Shown here one piece after another: positions 39,016 to 50,350 of a DNA stretch of 64,000 nucleotides. The stretch covers positions 480,001-544,000 of the forward strand of contig OZ245002.1 of the NCBI GenBank assembly GCA_965223415.1, given 5' to 3'. Each line of letters starts with the position of its first letter. The first letter of the stretch is position 1. The DNA is from Myxococcota bacterium. Lineage in GTDB: Bacteria; Myxococcota_A; UBA9160; UBA6930. The position numbers were made by a program, and so were the translations under genes. The notes under the pieces were generated by a model that worked only from the letters and a program-made list of their open reading frames with translations, was not told the origin of the DNA and did no database searches.

Positions 39016-39627
39016 TCAGCGGCCTCCGTCGGGCTCCGGGGTCACCTCCGGGACGGTGCGCCAGAGCACCGCCAGCAGCCGGTCGATCTCGCCGATCAGG
39101 GGCCTGGAGAGATCGTGGCCGACAGCGTGTCGGACTTCTTCGTAGTACCACCGCGTCTGCCCCGGGCTGGCCGTAAAGCGTTCGAAGGCCGCGATCCCGC
39201 GGACCTGGACGTCGGCGACCAGCGAGCGCAGGTTGTCGAGCTTGTCGCAGGCGGCGACCAGACGGGTGCCGGCGTCGGCGGCCCCCACCTTGGCCAGGTA
39301 GTGCCGCTTGCGGTCGAGCCAACGGCTCTTCTTCTCCGGCGTGTCGCCTTCGAGGAGGTCGGTCAGGAGGCCGACCCGCTCGGAGATCGCGGCGCCGAAG
39401 TGCTCTTCCAGGATCGCGGCGGTCACGCCGGCACAATCTTCCAGGGTGTCGTGCAGGAGCCCGACCGCCGCCAGCTCGGCCGTGCCGCCGTGGGCCAGGA
39501 CGAGCCCGGACACCTGGATCGGGTGGCTCAGGTAGGGAACGTCGCTGCCCTTGCGGGTCTGGCCGGCGTGGGCCCGGGCGGCGAAGCGGAACGCCCGGGC
39601 GAGGAGCTCCTGGGCCTCGCGGTCCAA
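39016..39627 (-). CDS. Stand-alone RelA/SpoT-type HD protein (small alarmone hydrolase/Mesh1-like)
   Basis: AHAGQTRKG.DVPYLSHP, LLHDTLED, DKLDNL. TTG start inferred. Confidence 0.82.
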   Translation of the reverse strand: MDREAQELLARAFRFAARAHAGQTRKGSDVPYLSHPIQVSGLVLAHGGTAELAAVGLLHDTLEDCAGVTAAILEEHFGAAISERVGLLTDLLEGDTPEKKSRWLDRKRHYLAKVGAADAGTRLVAACDKLDNLRSLVADVQVRGIAAFERFTASPGQTRWYYEEVRHAVGHDLSRPLIGEIDRLLAVLWRTVPEVTPEPDGGR

Positions 39628-39629
39628 GC

Positions 39630-40787
39630 CTAGAGCCCGGGAACCTGCTCCACCGTCCCGAGCAACGCCTGGGCGCTGTCGCACCAGACCTTCTCGCCGA
39701 TGAAGGCGTGCTGGGAGCCGGTGTGCATGTCGCGGAAGCAGCGCTGGAGCAGGCTGCCGTCGCGGATCGCGACCGTCCCCGCGAACTCGTGGGCGAAGGC
39801 GGTGGCCTGCTTCGCGGCCTCGGTGGCGAGGTTGGTCGCCGCGCGAAGCAGCGCGCGCTCTTCCAGGCGAATCTCCCGGCCGGCGCCCGCCGCTTCCTCG
39901 GCGGCACGGAAGCTCTCCAGCACGAAGAGGCGCGCGGCGCGCAGCTGGCTCTCGTGCACGGCGAAGCCCTTCTGGAAGGTGGGCTTGCCCGCCAGGGCCG
40001 TCGGGTCGCCCATGCGCTGGCGTGTCGTGGCGATGGCGGCGAGCTCGTCGAGCGCCCGGCGGCCGACGCCGAGGGCGAAGCTGGCGTGGCCGGCGGCGGT
40101 CATCGGCATCATCCCCTGATCGAAGAGCGGGTGCCCGCGCAGGCGGGTCGCACCGAACAGGGGAAAGGAGAAGCCCTCGGGAATCAGGGCCTCCCGCACT
40201 TCGTAGTCGTAGGAGCCGGTGCCCTGCAGGCCCATCACGTGCCAGCCGTCGGTGAACTCCACCTGCTCCCGAGGCACGAAGCCGACCCGCATTTCTGGCA
40301 GACCGTCCGGGCGGAGGGTCGGCGCGCCGTCCACCAGGGGAATGAAGCCGGCGGAGACGGGGCGGGCGTGGCCGGTGCCGCTGCCGAAGTTGTAGCTGCC
40401 GGTCACGCGGTAGCCGCCGCTCTCGGGCGTGCCCTGGCCGCGCGGGGCGAACTGGCCCCCGACGGTCGCGGCGGGATCGCCGCCGAAGATCTTCTCCACC
40501 GCCTCGTCCGAGAGGAACGCTGCGGCGGCAGCAGCGCCGGAGCCGTTCGCCATCGCCGTCCAGCCGGTCGATCCGTCGGCCCGGGAGATCTCCTCCCACA
40601 CCTCGATGGCGTCCCGATATCCGGCGGCCTCTCCGCCCAGCTCGACAGGGAGGACGAAACGGAAGAGGCCCCCGTCAGCCAGCTCGCACACGAGCCCCGG
40701 CGGAAGCGTGCGCTCCTGCTCGGCACGGGCGGCATGGGCTTCGATCCGGGTCGCGAGCTGGCGGGCGCGTGCGAGGGCGGAGGGCAT
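39630..40787 (-). CDS. Acyl-CoA dehydrogenase-fold flavin monooxygenase (HsaA-like)
   Basis: FGSG, WHVMGLQGTGS, LQRCFRDMH. Confidence 0.85.
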   Translation of the reverse strand: MPSALARARQLATRIEAHAARAEQERTLPPGLVCELADGGLFRFVLPVELGGEAAGYRDAIEVWEEISRADGSTGWTAMANGSGAAAAAAFLSDEAVEKIFGGDPAATVGGQFAPRGQGTPESGGYRVTGSYNFGSGTGHARPVSAGFIPLVDGAPTLRPDGLPEMRVGFVPREQVEFTDGWHVMGLQGTGSYDYEVREALIPEGFSFPLFGATRLRGHPLFDQGMMPMTAAGHASFALGVGRRALDELAAIATTRQRMGDPTALAGKPTFQKGFAVHESQLRAARLFVLESFRAAEEAAGAGREIRLEERALLRAATNLATEAAKQATAFAHEFAGTVAIRDGSLLQRCFRDMHTGSQHAFIGEKVWCDSAQALLGTVEQVPGL

Positions 40788-40831
40788 GGCGGCGGAGGGT
40801 ACCCGATCCCTCCACCCGCTCACGTGCGGGC

Positions 40832-42067
40832 CTAGGCGCGAAGGGCTTCCGAGGGTGGGATGCGCGCCGCGGCGCGGGCGGGCAGCACGCCGGCGATCAC
40901 GGCCACCGCGGCCAGGGCGAAGAGCAGCACGCCGATCGTGAGCGGGTCGATGACCACCTCGCCCACCACCTGCCCGGCGGCCCGCTGGCCTTCCTGCACC
41001 ACGTGCACCATCGCGATGCCGGCCGCGCTCCCCACCACGGAGGCGAGCACGGAGACCACCGCCGCCTCGGCCAGGAACTGGCGGAAGACGTCCCGGCTGC
41101 GCGCGCCGACGGCCTTGCGCAGGCCGATCTCGTGGGTGCGCTCGCCAACCACGACGAACATGATGTTCATCACGCCGACGGCGCCGACCAGTAGGGTGAC
41201 GAGGCCCGCACCGTAGAGAAAGATGCGCATCGCCATCATCATGGCGAAGAGGATCTTCAACGTGTCCCACATGTTCCCGAACCAGATCGCCGTATCGCTC
41301 GTGTGCTCGAAGCCGTGGTGGGGGGCGAGCACCCGCTTCACGCTGACGATCGTGGCATCGCCGTGCTCCCGCACGACGGGCGCGAAGACCATCTCGTGGA
41401 TCACCTCGCTCTTCGTCAGCCACCGCTGCACGGCGGTGTAGGGCAGGAAGACGATCAGGTCGTCCTCGTTGCCGGTGTTGATGAGCTGCTCTCCCTTCGC
41501 CTCGGCCACGCCGACCACGCGGAAGCCCACGGACTCGACCTGCAGTGTCCGGCCGATGGGATCCAGAGCGCCGAAGAGCCGGGTGGCCGCCTTCGGCCCG
41601 ATGAAGGCCACCCGGGAGGCCCGCGCCATGTCGAGGGGGGTGAGGAAGCGCCCGCGCTCGGCGCGCAGGTTGCGCACCCGGTCCGCCCGCTCGTTGATGC
41701 CCACCACGTTCAGCACCTTGGTGCGCCCGTCCGCGCGCACGATCTGGCCCCACAGCTCGATGGTGGGCGTCGCGTTCTCGACCGCCGCGACCGATTGAAC
41801 CCGCTGCAGATCCTCCTCCTCCAGCTCGACGGCGCGAGAAGAGCGCTCGCCCACCCGGTTCTTCAGGATCACGCCGCCACCCATGAAGATGGTCTTCTCA
41901 CCGAGCTCCTCCAGCTCGCGGGTGATGTGCACGTCGGTGCCCGCCATCTGGGCCGAGAGGAAGGTGAGCATGAGGGCGCCCCAGGCGATGCCCAGGGACG
42001 TGAGCAGGAAGCGGAAGGCGTGGGCCTTCAGGCTACGCCAGGTCTCGTGGAGGAGGTCGAGCACCAT
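40832..42067 (-). CDS. ABC exporter permease (MacB/FtsX type)
   Basis: GVMNIM, ERTHEIGLRKAVGA, PARAAARI. Confidence 0.92.
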   Translation of the reverse strand: MVLDLLHETWRSLKAHAFRFLLTSLGIAWGALMLTFLSAQMAGTDVHITRELEELGEKTIFMGGGVILKNRVGERSSRAVELEEEDLQRVQSVAAVENATPTIELWGQIVRADGRTKVLNVVGINERADRVRNLRAERGRFLTPLDMARASRVAFIGPKAATRLFGALDPIGRTLQVESVGFRVVGVAEAKGEQLINTGNEDDLIVFLPYTAVQRWLTKSEVIHEMVFAPVVREHGDATIVSVKRVLAPHHGFEHTSDTAIWFGNMWDTLKILFAMMMAMRIFLYGAGLVTLLVGAVGVMNIMFVVVGERTHEIGLRKAVGARSRDVFRQFLAEAAVVSVLASVVGSAAGIAMVHVVQEGQRAAGQVVGEVVIDPLTIGVLLFALAAVAVIAGVLPARAAARIPPSEALRA

Positions 42068-42070
42068 CGC

Positions 42071-43311
42071 TCACTCCGCCCGCAGGGTCTCGGCGGGATC
42101 CACCCGCGACGCGCGCCAGGCCGGGAGCAGGCCCGCGAGCACCCCCACCGAGCTCATCACCGTGAGCGCCACGGCGACGGTGCTCCAGGAGTAGACCGGC
42201 ACGGGCACGAGGTCGGGAGCGTCGAGGCTCGCCATGGCCAGGGTGAGCAGGCTGCCCAGGGCCACCCCGACCAGTCCGCCGATCGCCACGACGGCGAAGG
42301 TCTCGAGAAAGAACTCGGTGAGAATGGCGCGGCGGGTCGCACCCACCGCGAGGCGGATCCCGATCTCCGGGCGCCGCTCACGGACGGAGTCGAGCATCAT
42401 GCTCATGATGCCGATGCCGGAGATCACCAGGGTGGCGCCGGCGATCATGATCATGAGCTGCCGCTGGCGGTTGGCGGGCATGCGGTTCAACATCTCGACC
42501 GCGCTCCAGATCGGGATCGCCTCCTCGTCGGTCGGCGAGACCTTCAACCGCTCCGCCAGGATGGCGCGGATCTCGTGGCGGGTGGGTTCCAGCAACTGCC
42601 GATCCCGGAGCTTGAAGAGCAGCATCTGGATGATGGGCTCGCCGACGATGTAGTTCGAGAAATGCATCTGGTGGGTGGTGAGGGGGATCCAGACCTGGTC
42701 GTCGATCTCCTCCCCGTCGCGGGAGAGCTGGGTGCCCACCCGCTCGAGGACGCCGACGACCTGGAACGGCGTGCCCCCGAGCCGCACCCAGCTCCCGATC
42801 CGACCGTCGGCTCCGAGCAGGTCGCGGCGCATGTCGTGGCCGAGGATCGCCACCCGCCGCCGGTGGTCGATGTCCGCGGGGCGGATCGGGCGGCCCTCCG
42901 CGAGGGACACGCTGCGGATCACCATGCCGTCGGGCTCGACGCCGCGGACTTCGGCGTTCACCGCCGTCTGGCCGAAGGCCGCCGCCGTGTACTGGCGGGC
43001 TTCGCCGGCCACCAGCTCGGGGAGGCGGGCGCGGCGGCGCAGCAGCTCGACGTCGTCGCGGGTGTACCAGAGCTGGCGACGATCGACGGCGGGGGTGAAG
43101 TCCTCGGAGACCCGGCCGATGAAGACGTGGCCCATGTCCTTTCCCGCCTTCGAGAAGCCGTCGTCGAGCATCCTCGACACGCCCTCGCCCCAGCCGACCA
43201 GGAAGATCACCGAGGCCGTGCCCCAGGTGACGCCGAAGAGCGTCAGCACCGAGCGAAGCTTGTGGGCCGCGAGCAGTCGCCAGGCCTGGCGGATGGTCTC
43301 GGCGAGATCGC

Positions 43312-43315
<4 letters not shown>
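42071..43315 (-). CDS. ABC exporter permease (MacB/FtsX type)
   Basis: RSVLTLFG, ERRPEIGIRLAVGA, PAWRASRVDP. Confidence 0.92.
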
Positions 43316-43997
<682 letters not shown>

Positions 43998-44001
<4 letters not shown>

Positions 44002-45059
44002 TGGAGCCGGACTTCCTCGCCCTCCTGCACGCCGCCGGTGAGCTGCACGCGATCCCGGTCGACCACGCCGATGGTCACGTCCCGGCGCTCGAAGCCGTCG
44101 CCGTTGCGCACCTCCACGTAGACGGCGGCGCCCTCGTAGCGGAGCGCGGTCTCCGGGACGTGGAGCACGTCCTCGAGGGTTTCGGCGACGATCTCCCCGT
44201 CGCCGGACATGCGGGGCCGGAGCAGCTGGGCGTCGCCGTCGGTGATCGCGATCTCGACCTCGAAGTAGGTCACGTTCTGGATGCGCTCGCCCATCGGTGC
44301 GATCTCGCTCACCTCACCCTCGAAGATCCGCTCGCCGTAGGCCTCGGTGCGGATCCGGGCCGGCTGGCCCAGGGCCACCCGCGCCACCTCGTTCTCGTCG
44401 ACCAGCCCCTCCAGGTGCAGGGCCTCGGTGCCGGCCAGGGTGAGCAGCAGGGTTCCGCCAGTGACCGCCGTGACGGGCGAGACGGCGCTGCCCTCCTCCG
44501 TGTGCACGTCGAGCACGCGCCCCGCCATGGGCGCCACCACGCTCGCGTAGCCGAGCTGGGTCGAGAGGGTGTCGAGGGCCGCACTGGCCCGGGCCAAGCC
44601 CGCCTGGGCCTGCTCGAAGCGCGAGCGGGCGTCGTCGAGCTTCTGGGCACTGGCGGCGCCGGTGCGCTCCAGCTCCTGGGCGCGCTTCAGCTCGATGGAC
44701 GCATAGCGTTGCTCGACCCGCGCCGCCTGGACGGCGGCCTCCGCCTCGCGCACCTGGGCCGCGAGCAGGGCCTTCTCGATCTCGACGAGCACCTGCCCCG
44801 CCTCGACCACGTCGCCGGCCTCGACGGCGATCTCCTCGATAATGCCAGCGATGCGCGGGCGCACCTCCACCTCGACCGCCGGCTCGACGGTGCCCGTGGC
44901 CACCACGATGCGCTCGAGGGGCCCTCGCGATACCGGCGCGAGAGACGCTTCCGGCGCCTCGGGCTCGCCGCAGCCGAGCGACACCGAAGCCAACGCCAAC
45001 GTGCAGGCGAGGCTCGGGATGGACGGGATCCGGGAAGCGATGCGAGGCCGGACGGTCAC
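43998..45059 (-). CDS. Efflux periplasmic adaptor (MacA/HlyD type)
   Basis: Lipoyl halves flanking a coiled coil; APMAGRV, VPETAL. Confidence 0.9.
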
Positions 45060-45122
45060 CGTGCGGCTCCTCGAGCAGGCGCGCGAGGACCGAGCCTACA
45101 CGAGCCCAGGCCGAGTGCATAG

Positions 45123-45145
45123 TGCAGTGCGGCTCGTTCACTGCA
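45123..45145. promoter_or_regulatory. Candidate operator palindrome upstream of the exporter operon
   Basis: TGCAGTG-N9-CACTGCA. Confidence 0.35.
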
Positions 45146-45192
45146 GGCAGCCGCCAGGGCGCGTCAGCACCCTGGGCGGGCGGACCTCCGCG

Positions 45193-46176
45193 TCAGCCCC
45201 GCCGTCCCAGGCCCGCCGCCTCGTACACCGCGTCGATCGCCTCCATGTTGCGCACGCCGTCCCAGGCGTCCGTGGGCACGGCGACGCCGTCGCGCACCAG
45301 GCGCACGAAGGCCTCGAGCTGGTGCGTATAGCTGGGTCGTCCCGGCTCGGTCTCGCGGGTCTTTCCGGCCCGGTTGCGGATCACGAGCCGGTGGAAGAGG
45401 TGCGGCGCGACCGGGTTCGTCACGCGCATCTCCCCCTCGCTCCCGGTCACCCGCACCCGCAGGCGCGGCGGGGTGAAGGCGAGCAGCGCAGCGGTGAACG
45501 AGCCGGTGCGATCGCCAGGGAAGTGCAGCCGGGCGCGCATGTGGCGGTCGACCCGCGGCGCCGAGAGCTTCGCCTCGGCCGAGACCACCTCGGGCTCGGC
45601 ACCGGCCAGGAAGCGCAGGACCGAGAGGCAGTAGCAGCCCATGTCCATCGTCGAGCCTCCGGCCAGCGCCAGGTCGAAGCGGATGTCCCCGGGCTTCGGA
45701 ATGGGCAGGCACATGTCCATCTCGAACTGCTGCACCCGGCCGATGCGCCCGCTGTCGATCACCTGGCGCATGCGCTCCGCGAGCGGGTGGTAGCGCCAGT
45801 GGAAGGCCTCCATCAGCGGACGGCCGGTCTTCTCCGCCGTCTCCGCCATGCGACGCGCTTCGTCCGCGTTGGCGGCCAGGGGCTTCTCGCACAGCACCGC
45901 CTTGCCGGCCTCGAGGGCGCGGATCGTCCAGGGGGCGTGCAGCCCGTTGGGGAGCGGGTTGTAGACGGCGTCGACCTCCGGATCGTCGACCAGGGAGTCG
46001 TAGCTCTCGTGCACCCGAGCCAGCCCGTGCTTCTGGGCGAAGGCGCGCGCCCGACCCGGATCCCGTGCGACCACGGCGAAGACCTGGGCCTCGGGGACGT
46101 CCCGCGCCGGCCGGATCAGCGCGGTGGGGGCGATCGCGGCGGCACCGAGGATGCCGATGCGGAGGGGACCCGCCAT
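45193..46176 (-). CDS. Gfo/Idh/MocA oxidoreductase
   Basis: GILGAAAIA, YNPLPNGLH, LCEKP, DMGCY. Confidence 0.92.
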   Translation of the reverse strand: MAGPLRIGILGAAAIAPTALIRPARDVPEAQVFAVVARDPGRARAFAQKHGLARVHESYDSLVDDPEVDAVYNPLPNGLHAPWTIRALEAGKAVLCEKPLAANADEARRMAETAEKTGRPLMEAFHWRYHPLAERMRQVIDSGRIGRVQQFEMDMCLPIPKPGDIRFDLALAGGSTMDMGCYCLSVLRFLAGAEPEVVSAEAKLSAPRVDRHMRARLHFPGDRTGSFTAALLAFTPPRLRVRVTGSEGEMRVTNPVAPHLFHRLVIRNRAGKTRETEPGRPSYTHQLEAFVRLVRDGVAVPTDAWDGVRNMEAIDAVYEAAGLGRRG

Positions 46177-46185
46177 GGCCCCATC

Positions 46186-47397
46186 CTACGCTCCGTAGGC
46201 GCGGTCGACCATCCAGAAGATCCCCAATGCGAAGACCACCGCGGTCCCGACCTCGACCGCGATGCGGTGCGGCCGGCCGTCCCGGACGCGAGCGAACGCG
46301 GAAAGGACCGGCCAGACCAGGGCGATGATGGCGAGCTGCCCCAGCTCCACGCCGACGTTGAAGCCGAGTAGCGCCGGCAGCAGCCGCCCCTGGGGCAAGG
46401 CGATGTCCACCAGGACGCCGGCGAAGCCGAAGCCGTGCACCAGGCCGAAGCAGAAGGCGATGGCCGCGCGGAGGCTCACGGGCGCACCGAGCCGATCGAG
46501 CAGGGCGAAGTAGCACGCGCCGAAGAGGGCCAGACCGAGCAGCGTGCCGGCAGGAATCACCCCGACCCCGAAGGCCGCCGGAACCGCCATCGCCGCCAGG
46601 ACGCCCACCACGGCGACGGGTACCGCCTTGCCGCGATCCGACAGGAGCCAGCCGTTCTCCGCGGCGACGAGCGCGATGGAGAGACCGATCAGCGCCTCGA
46701 CGGCGCCGGGCTCGGGCTCGACGCGGCCGAGGGCGGCCAGCGCCAGGGTGATGCTGTGCGCGATCGTGAAGCCGGTGACGATCGTGACCACCTCCCGCAC
46801 GCGTCGCGCGAGCAGCAGCAGCCCCAGCAGGAACACGAGGTGGTCGTAGCCAGTGGCGATGTGCTCCACCCCGACCCGGAGGTAGGAGCCGGTCTGCTGC
46901 AGCCAGGGCTCGTCGGCCGCCGGGTCCTCCCTGCCCGGCAGCGGCCAGCTGCGCTCGGCGCCCGTGAGCACGCGCTCCACCATCCCGCCGTCCTTCCCAC
47001 GAAGGCGGGCGAAGTGGAGATGGCTCGGCGCCACCTCCCGCAGGACGTCGCTCGTCAGGGTGATCGGGCCCTCGGGGCAGCGCAGCTGCCACTCCAGCAG
47101 CGCCCGCTCCGGCGGCGAGGCCAGGGCGCGAGGCCCGGACATGAGGGCACAGGGCGTGCCGTTCACCTCCAGGCGGAGCGCGTCGGGGAGGTAGCGGGCC
47201 AGGGGTCCCGGCACGACCGGTGGCGACACGATCCCCCACGGCAGGCGGGTCAGCTCGAGCTGCGGGATCCGGAAGAGCACCCGGGCGTCGCGTCCGTCCA
47301 GGTCCCAGGTGGACCAGGAGGTGCTGCGGGTGTGGGAAGCGGCGGGCGCCGCGAGCCCGAGCACCGTGGCGGTCACCAGGAGGAGGAGGACCCTCAA
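46186..47397 (-). CDS. HupE/UreJ-family membrane protein with periplasmic N-terminal domain
   Basis: GVEHIATGYDHLVF, FTIAHSITL, FGLVHGFGFA, FNVGVELGQ. TTG start overlaps the upstream stop. Confidence 0.85.
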   Translation of the reverse strand: MRVLLLLVTATVLGLAAPAASHTRSTSWSTWDLDGRDARVLFRIPQLELTRLPWGIVSPPVVPGPLARYLPDALRLEVNGTPCALMSGPRALASPPERALLEWQLRCPEGPITLTSDVLREVAPSHLHFARLRGKDGGMVERVLTGAERSWPLPGREDPAADEPWLQQTGSYLRVGVEHIATGYDHLVFLLGLLLLARRVREVVTIVTGFTIAHSITLALAALGRVEPEPGAVEALIGLSIALVAAENGWLLSDRGKAVPVAVVGVLAAMAVPAAFGVGVIPAGTLLGLALFGACYFALLDRLGAPVSLRAAIAFCFGLVHGFGFAGVLVDIALPQGRLLPALLGFNVGVELGQLAIIALVWPVLSAFARVRDGRPHRIAVEVGTAVVFALGIFWMVDRAYGA

Positions 47398-48284
47398 GGG
47401 CTCGTTTCCGCGAGGACTACTTCGGCGCGAGCGCGCAGATCGTCCAGGTAGCCGCGCAGGGCGCGGTCTCCGGCGCGTCGCACCCACTCGTTGCGGACCT
47501 GATCGGCGATCTCTTCGTAAGCGGGAACCCGCTCCTCTTCCCGATCGACGAGCTGGAAGACGTGGTAGCCGGTGCCCGAGCGCACGGGCTCGCTCAGCTC
47601 GCCGACCTCCATGCCCATCACCGTCCGGAGCGCCGTCGGCCCGACGTACTCGCGGAGCTTCGCCGGAGGCAGCAGGGCGTCGGGCACGGGGGAGACCTCG
47701 CTGTCGCCGTGGTCCTTCCGGACGTCGGCAAGGTCCGCACCGGCCACCCAGGCCTCCCGCGCGGCCTCCGCCCGCGCCCGACCCGCGCCGTCGTCCTCTC
47801 CGCGTCGCACGCGGAAGAACACCTGCCGCACGCGCAGGCGCCCGGGGCGGGTGAAGAAGGCCGACTCCTCGGCAAAGAAGGCCCGCAGCTCGTCCTCGTC
47901 CGGCGGCCGGTCCTCCGCCTCCACCACGATGGACCGGATCATCGCCGAGGTGATGTCGGCCCGGACCCGCCGATCGCTGTCGACGAGGCCGAGCTCGACG
48001 CCGCGCTGGACGAGCAGCTCCTCGTCGATCATGCGGTCGAGAACGCGCCGCTTCATCTCCTCGGAGACCGGCTGGCGGGTGTCGCTCTCCAGGCCCGCCA
48101 CGAGCCGCTCGTGGTCCTCGCCGAAGATCAGCGTGCCGTTCACCCGCGCCACCGCCGAGGCGGGGAGCGGCCCGACCGTGGGATCGGTCGTGAGCAGGCC
48201 CCAGGCGGCGACGGCCACGCCCAGAACGGCTCCCAGGCCGAGGAGAACGAGGGGACGTTTCGTTCCGGGCGACGGGGAATTCAT
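47394..48284 (-). CDS. Membrane-anchored SurA/PpiC-type foldase
   Basis: TM anchor, VARVNG, IDEELL, SEPVRSGTGYHV. Confidence 0.8.
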   Translation of the reverse strand: MNSPSPGTKRPLVLLGLGAVLGVAVAAWGLLTTDPTVGPLPASAVARVNGTLIFGEDHERLVAGLESDTRQPVSEEMKRRVLDRMIDEELLVQRGVELGLVDSDRRVRADITSAMIRSIVVEAEDRPPDEDELRAFFAEESAFFTRPGRLRVRQVFFRVRRGEDDGAGRARAEAAREAWVAGADLADVRKDHGDSEVSPVPDALLPPAKLREYVGPTALRTVMGMEVGELSEPVRSGTGYHVFQLVDREEERVPAYEEIADQVRNEWVRRAGDRALRGYLDDLRARAEVVLAETSP

Positions 48285-48342
48285 GGGCCCGGAACCGTAG
48301 CCTGTCGGGAAGGGGAGCGGGTCCCCTACAATCTTCGCCCGG

Positions 48343-49431
48343 ATGCCCACCACTTTCGCGATGGTCCTGACCGGCCAACGGGCCCTCGAGCCCCGGGACC
48401 TGCCGATCCCCGACATCGGCGACGACTCGGCGCTCCTGCGCCTGGAGGTCTGCGGAATCTGCGGCAGCGACTACGAGCAGTACGAAGGCGTGCTGCGAAC
48501 CCCCCTCCCGGTGATCCCCGGCCACGAGCCCCTGGGCGTGATCGAGGCCATCGGCGACAGCGCGGCCGAGCGCTGGGGCGTCGACGTCGGCGACCGGGTG
48601 GCCGTCGAGAACATGATCGCCTGCGGCCACTGCCCGCGCTGCCTCTCGGGGCTGCGGCACCTGTGTGAGCGCCGCCGCATCTACTCCTACGTGCCGCTGT
48701 CCGAGAGCCACGGCCTGTGGGGCGCCTACGCCCGCCACATGGTGCTGGCTCCGGGCTCCGTCGTGCACAAGGTGGACCCGGCGCTCCCGCCGGAGCTGGC
48801 GGTGCTCTTCAACCCCCTGGGCGCCGGCTTCCGCTGGGCGGTCGAGATCCCGGAGACGAAGCCCGGCGACACGGTGCTGGTGATGGGTCCGGGCCAACGT
48901 GGCCTGGCCAGCATACTGGCGGCGCGGCAGGCGGGCGCCGATCGCGTCTTCGTGACGGGCCTCGGCGCCGACGCCAGGAAGCTCGAGCTGGCCCGGGCCT
49001 TCGGGGCCGACGCCACCATCGACGTCGAGCAGGAGAACGTCAAGCAACGCATCCGGGAGCTCACCGACGGCCGGGGCGTCGACGTGGTGGTCGAGGTGAC
49101 CTCCTATGCCACGGCGCCGATCACCGACGCCATCGACGTCGTACGCATGGGCGGCACGATCGTCCTGGCGGGGGTGAAGGGCTTCAAGCCGATCCCCGAC
49201 TTCGTATCCGACAAGATCGTGATGAAGGAGATCCGCGTGCACGGCGCGATCGGCGTGACCTCCTCGGCCTACCGCAGCGGGATCCGCCTGATCGAGGACG
49301 GCCGCCATCCGCTCGAGCGCATGCACACCCACGAGTTTCCGCTGGAGGAGGCGGACCTGGCCATCCGAACCCTCGCCCGCGAGATTCCCGGCGAAGACGC
49401 CATCCACTGCAGCCTGCACCCGGCGCTGTGA
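48343..49431 (+). CDS. Zinc-dependent alcohol dehydrogenase (MDR)
   Basis: CGICGSD, GHE, CGHCPRC..C, GPGQRG. Confidence 0.92.
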   Translation: MPTTFAMVLTGQRALEPRDLPIPDIGDDSALLRLEVCGICGSDYEQYEGVLRTPLPVIPGHEPLGVIEAIGDSAAERWGVDVGDRVAVENMIACGHCPRCLSGLRHLCERRRIYSYVPLSESHGLWGAYARHMVLAPGSVVHKVDPALPPELAVLFNPLGAGFRWAVEIPETKPGDTVLVMGPGQRGLASILAARQAGADRVFVTGLGADARKLELARAFGADATIDVEQENVKQRIRELTDGRGVDVVVEVTSYATAPITDAIDVVRMGGTIVLAGVKGFKPIPDFVSDKIVMKEIRVHGAIGVTSSAYRSGIRLIEDGRHPLERMHTHEFPLEEADLAIRTLAREIPGEDAIHCSLHPAL

Positions 49432-49483
49432 CCGGCGCACCGGCGCGCGCCGTTCCGACGGCACGCCAACGACGGAACGGAGC

Positions 49484-50350
49484 ATGACGGAAGAGAACGC
49501 CTCGCTGGAGGAAGTTCGCCCCTGGACCACCGACTCGCCCTACGCCCGCGCGCTCGGCGTGCGGCTGGAGAGCTTGGGCGAGGGCACGGCGCGCCTGCGC
49601 CTGCCCTACGCCGACCACAACGCGAACCCGGGCCAGGCCCTTCACGGCGGCTGCGCCGCCTCCCTCGCGGCAATCGGCGCCCAGACGGTGAGCCGCGCGG
49701 CTCTCGGCAGCGATACGGGGCCATTCGTGACCGCGGGCCTGCACGTGAACTACCTGGCCGCGGCGATCGGCGAAGACGTCGTGGCCGATGCCGAGCTCGA
49801 GCGCCGAGGCAAGGGCCTGTGCTTCGCCCACGTGCGCGTGGCCACGGCCGAGGGCAAGGCCATCGCCCAGGCCACCGCGGCGGTGCGCGCCCGCGGCGGC
49901 GCAGCGACGGCGGAGCCGGCCCGAAGCAGCGGTGACGATGGCGCCGCCGAGCCGGGACCGATGGGCGCCGGGGTGGAGAAGCTCGGCTTCATCGCGGCCC
50001 GGGGGATCAAGGTGGAGCACATGAGCGGCGGAACCTCGCGGCTGGTGATGCCTCCCCTCGCCGCCAACGAGGACTGGGAAGGAGCCACCCACGAGGGCGC
50101 CGTGCTCGCCCTGCTCGACACCGCGGGGGCCATGGCCTCCTGGGGCCTCCACGGCATCGGCCGCTACAAGGCCTCGACGCCCTCGATCCAGGCCCAGGTC
50201 CTGGCGCCTGCGCCGGCGGCGGAGCTGATCGCCTACGGCCGCGTCGCCCAGCGGGACGGCGAGATCTTCTGGACCGACGTCGAGATCGCAACCGCCTCCG
50301 GGGGCCACATCGTCGCGCGGGGCACGGTCCTCTACCGCATCGTCTCGTGA
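49484..50350 (+). CDS. Tandem PaaI (double hot-dog) thioesterase
   Basis: Two domains: NPGQALHGG and ATHEGAVLALLD. Confidence 0.82.
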   Translation: MTEENASLEEVRPWTTDSPYARALGVRLESLGEGTARLRLPYADHNANPGQALHGGCAASLAAIGAQTVSRAALGSDTGPFVTAGLHVNYLAAAIGEDVVADAELERRGKGLCFAHVRVATAEGKAIAQATAAVRARGGAATAEPARSSGDDGAAEPGPMGAGVEKLGFIAARGIKVEHMSGGTSRLVMPPLAANEDWEGATHEGAVLALLDTAGAMASWGLHGIGRYKASTPSIQAQVLAPAPAAELIAYGRVAQRDGEIFWTDVEIATASGGHIVARGTVLYRIVS

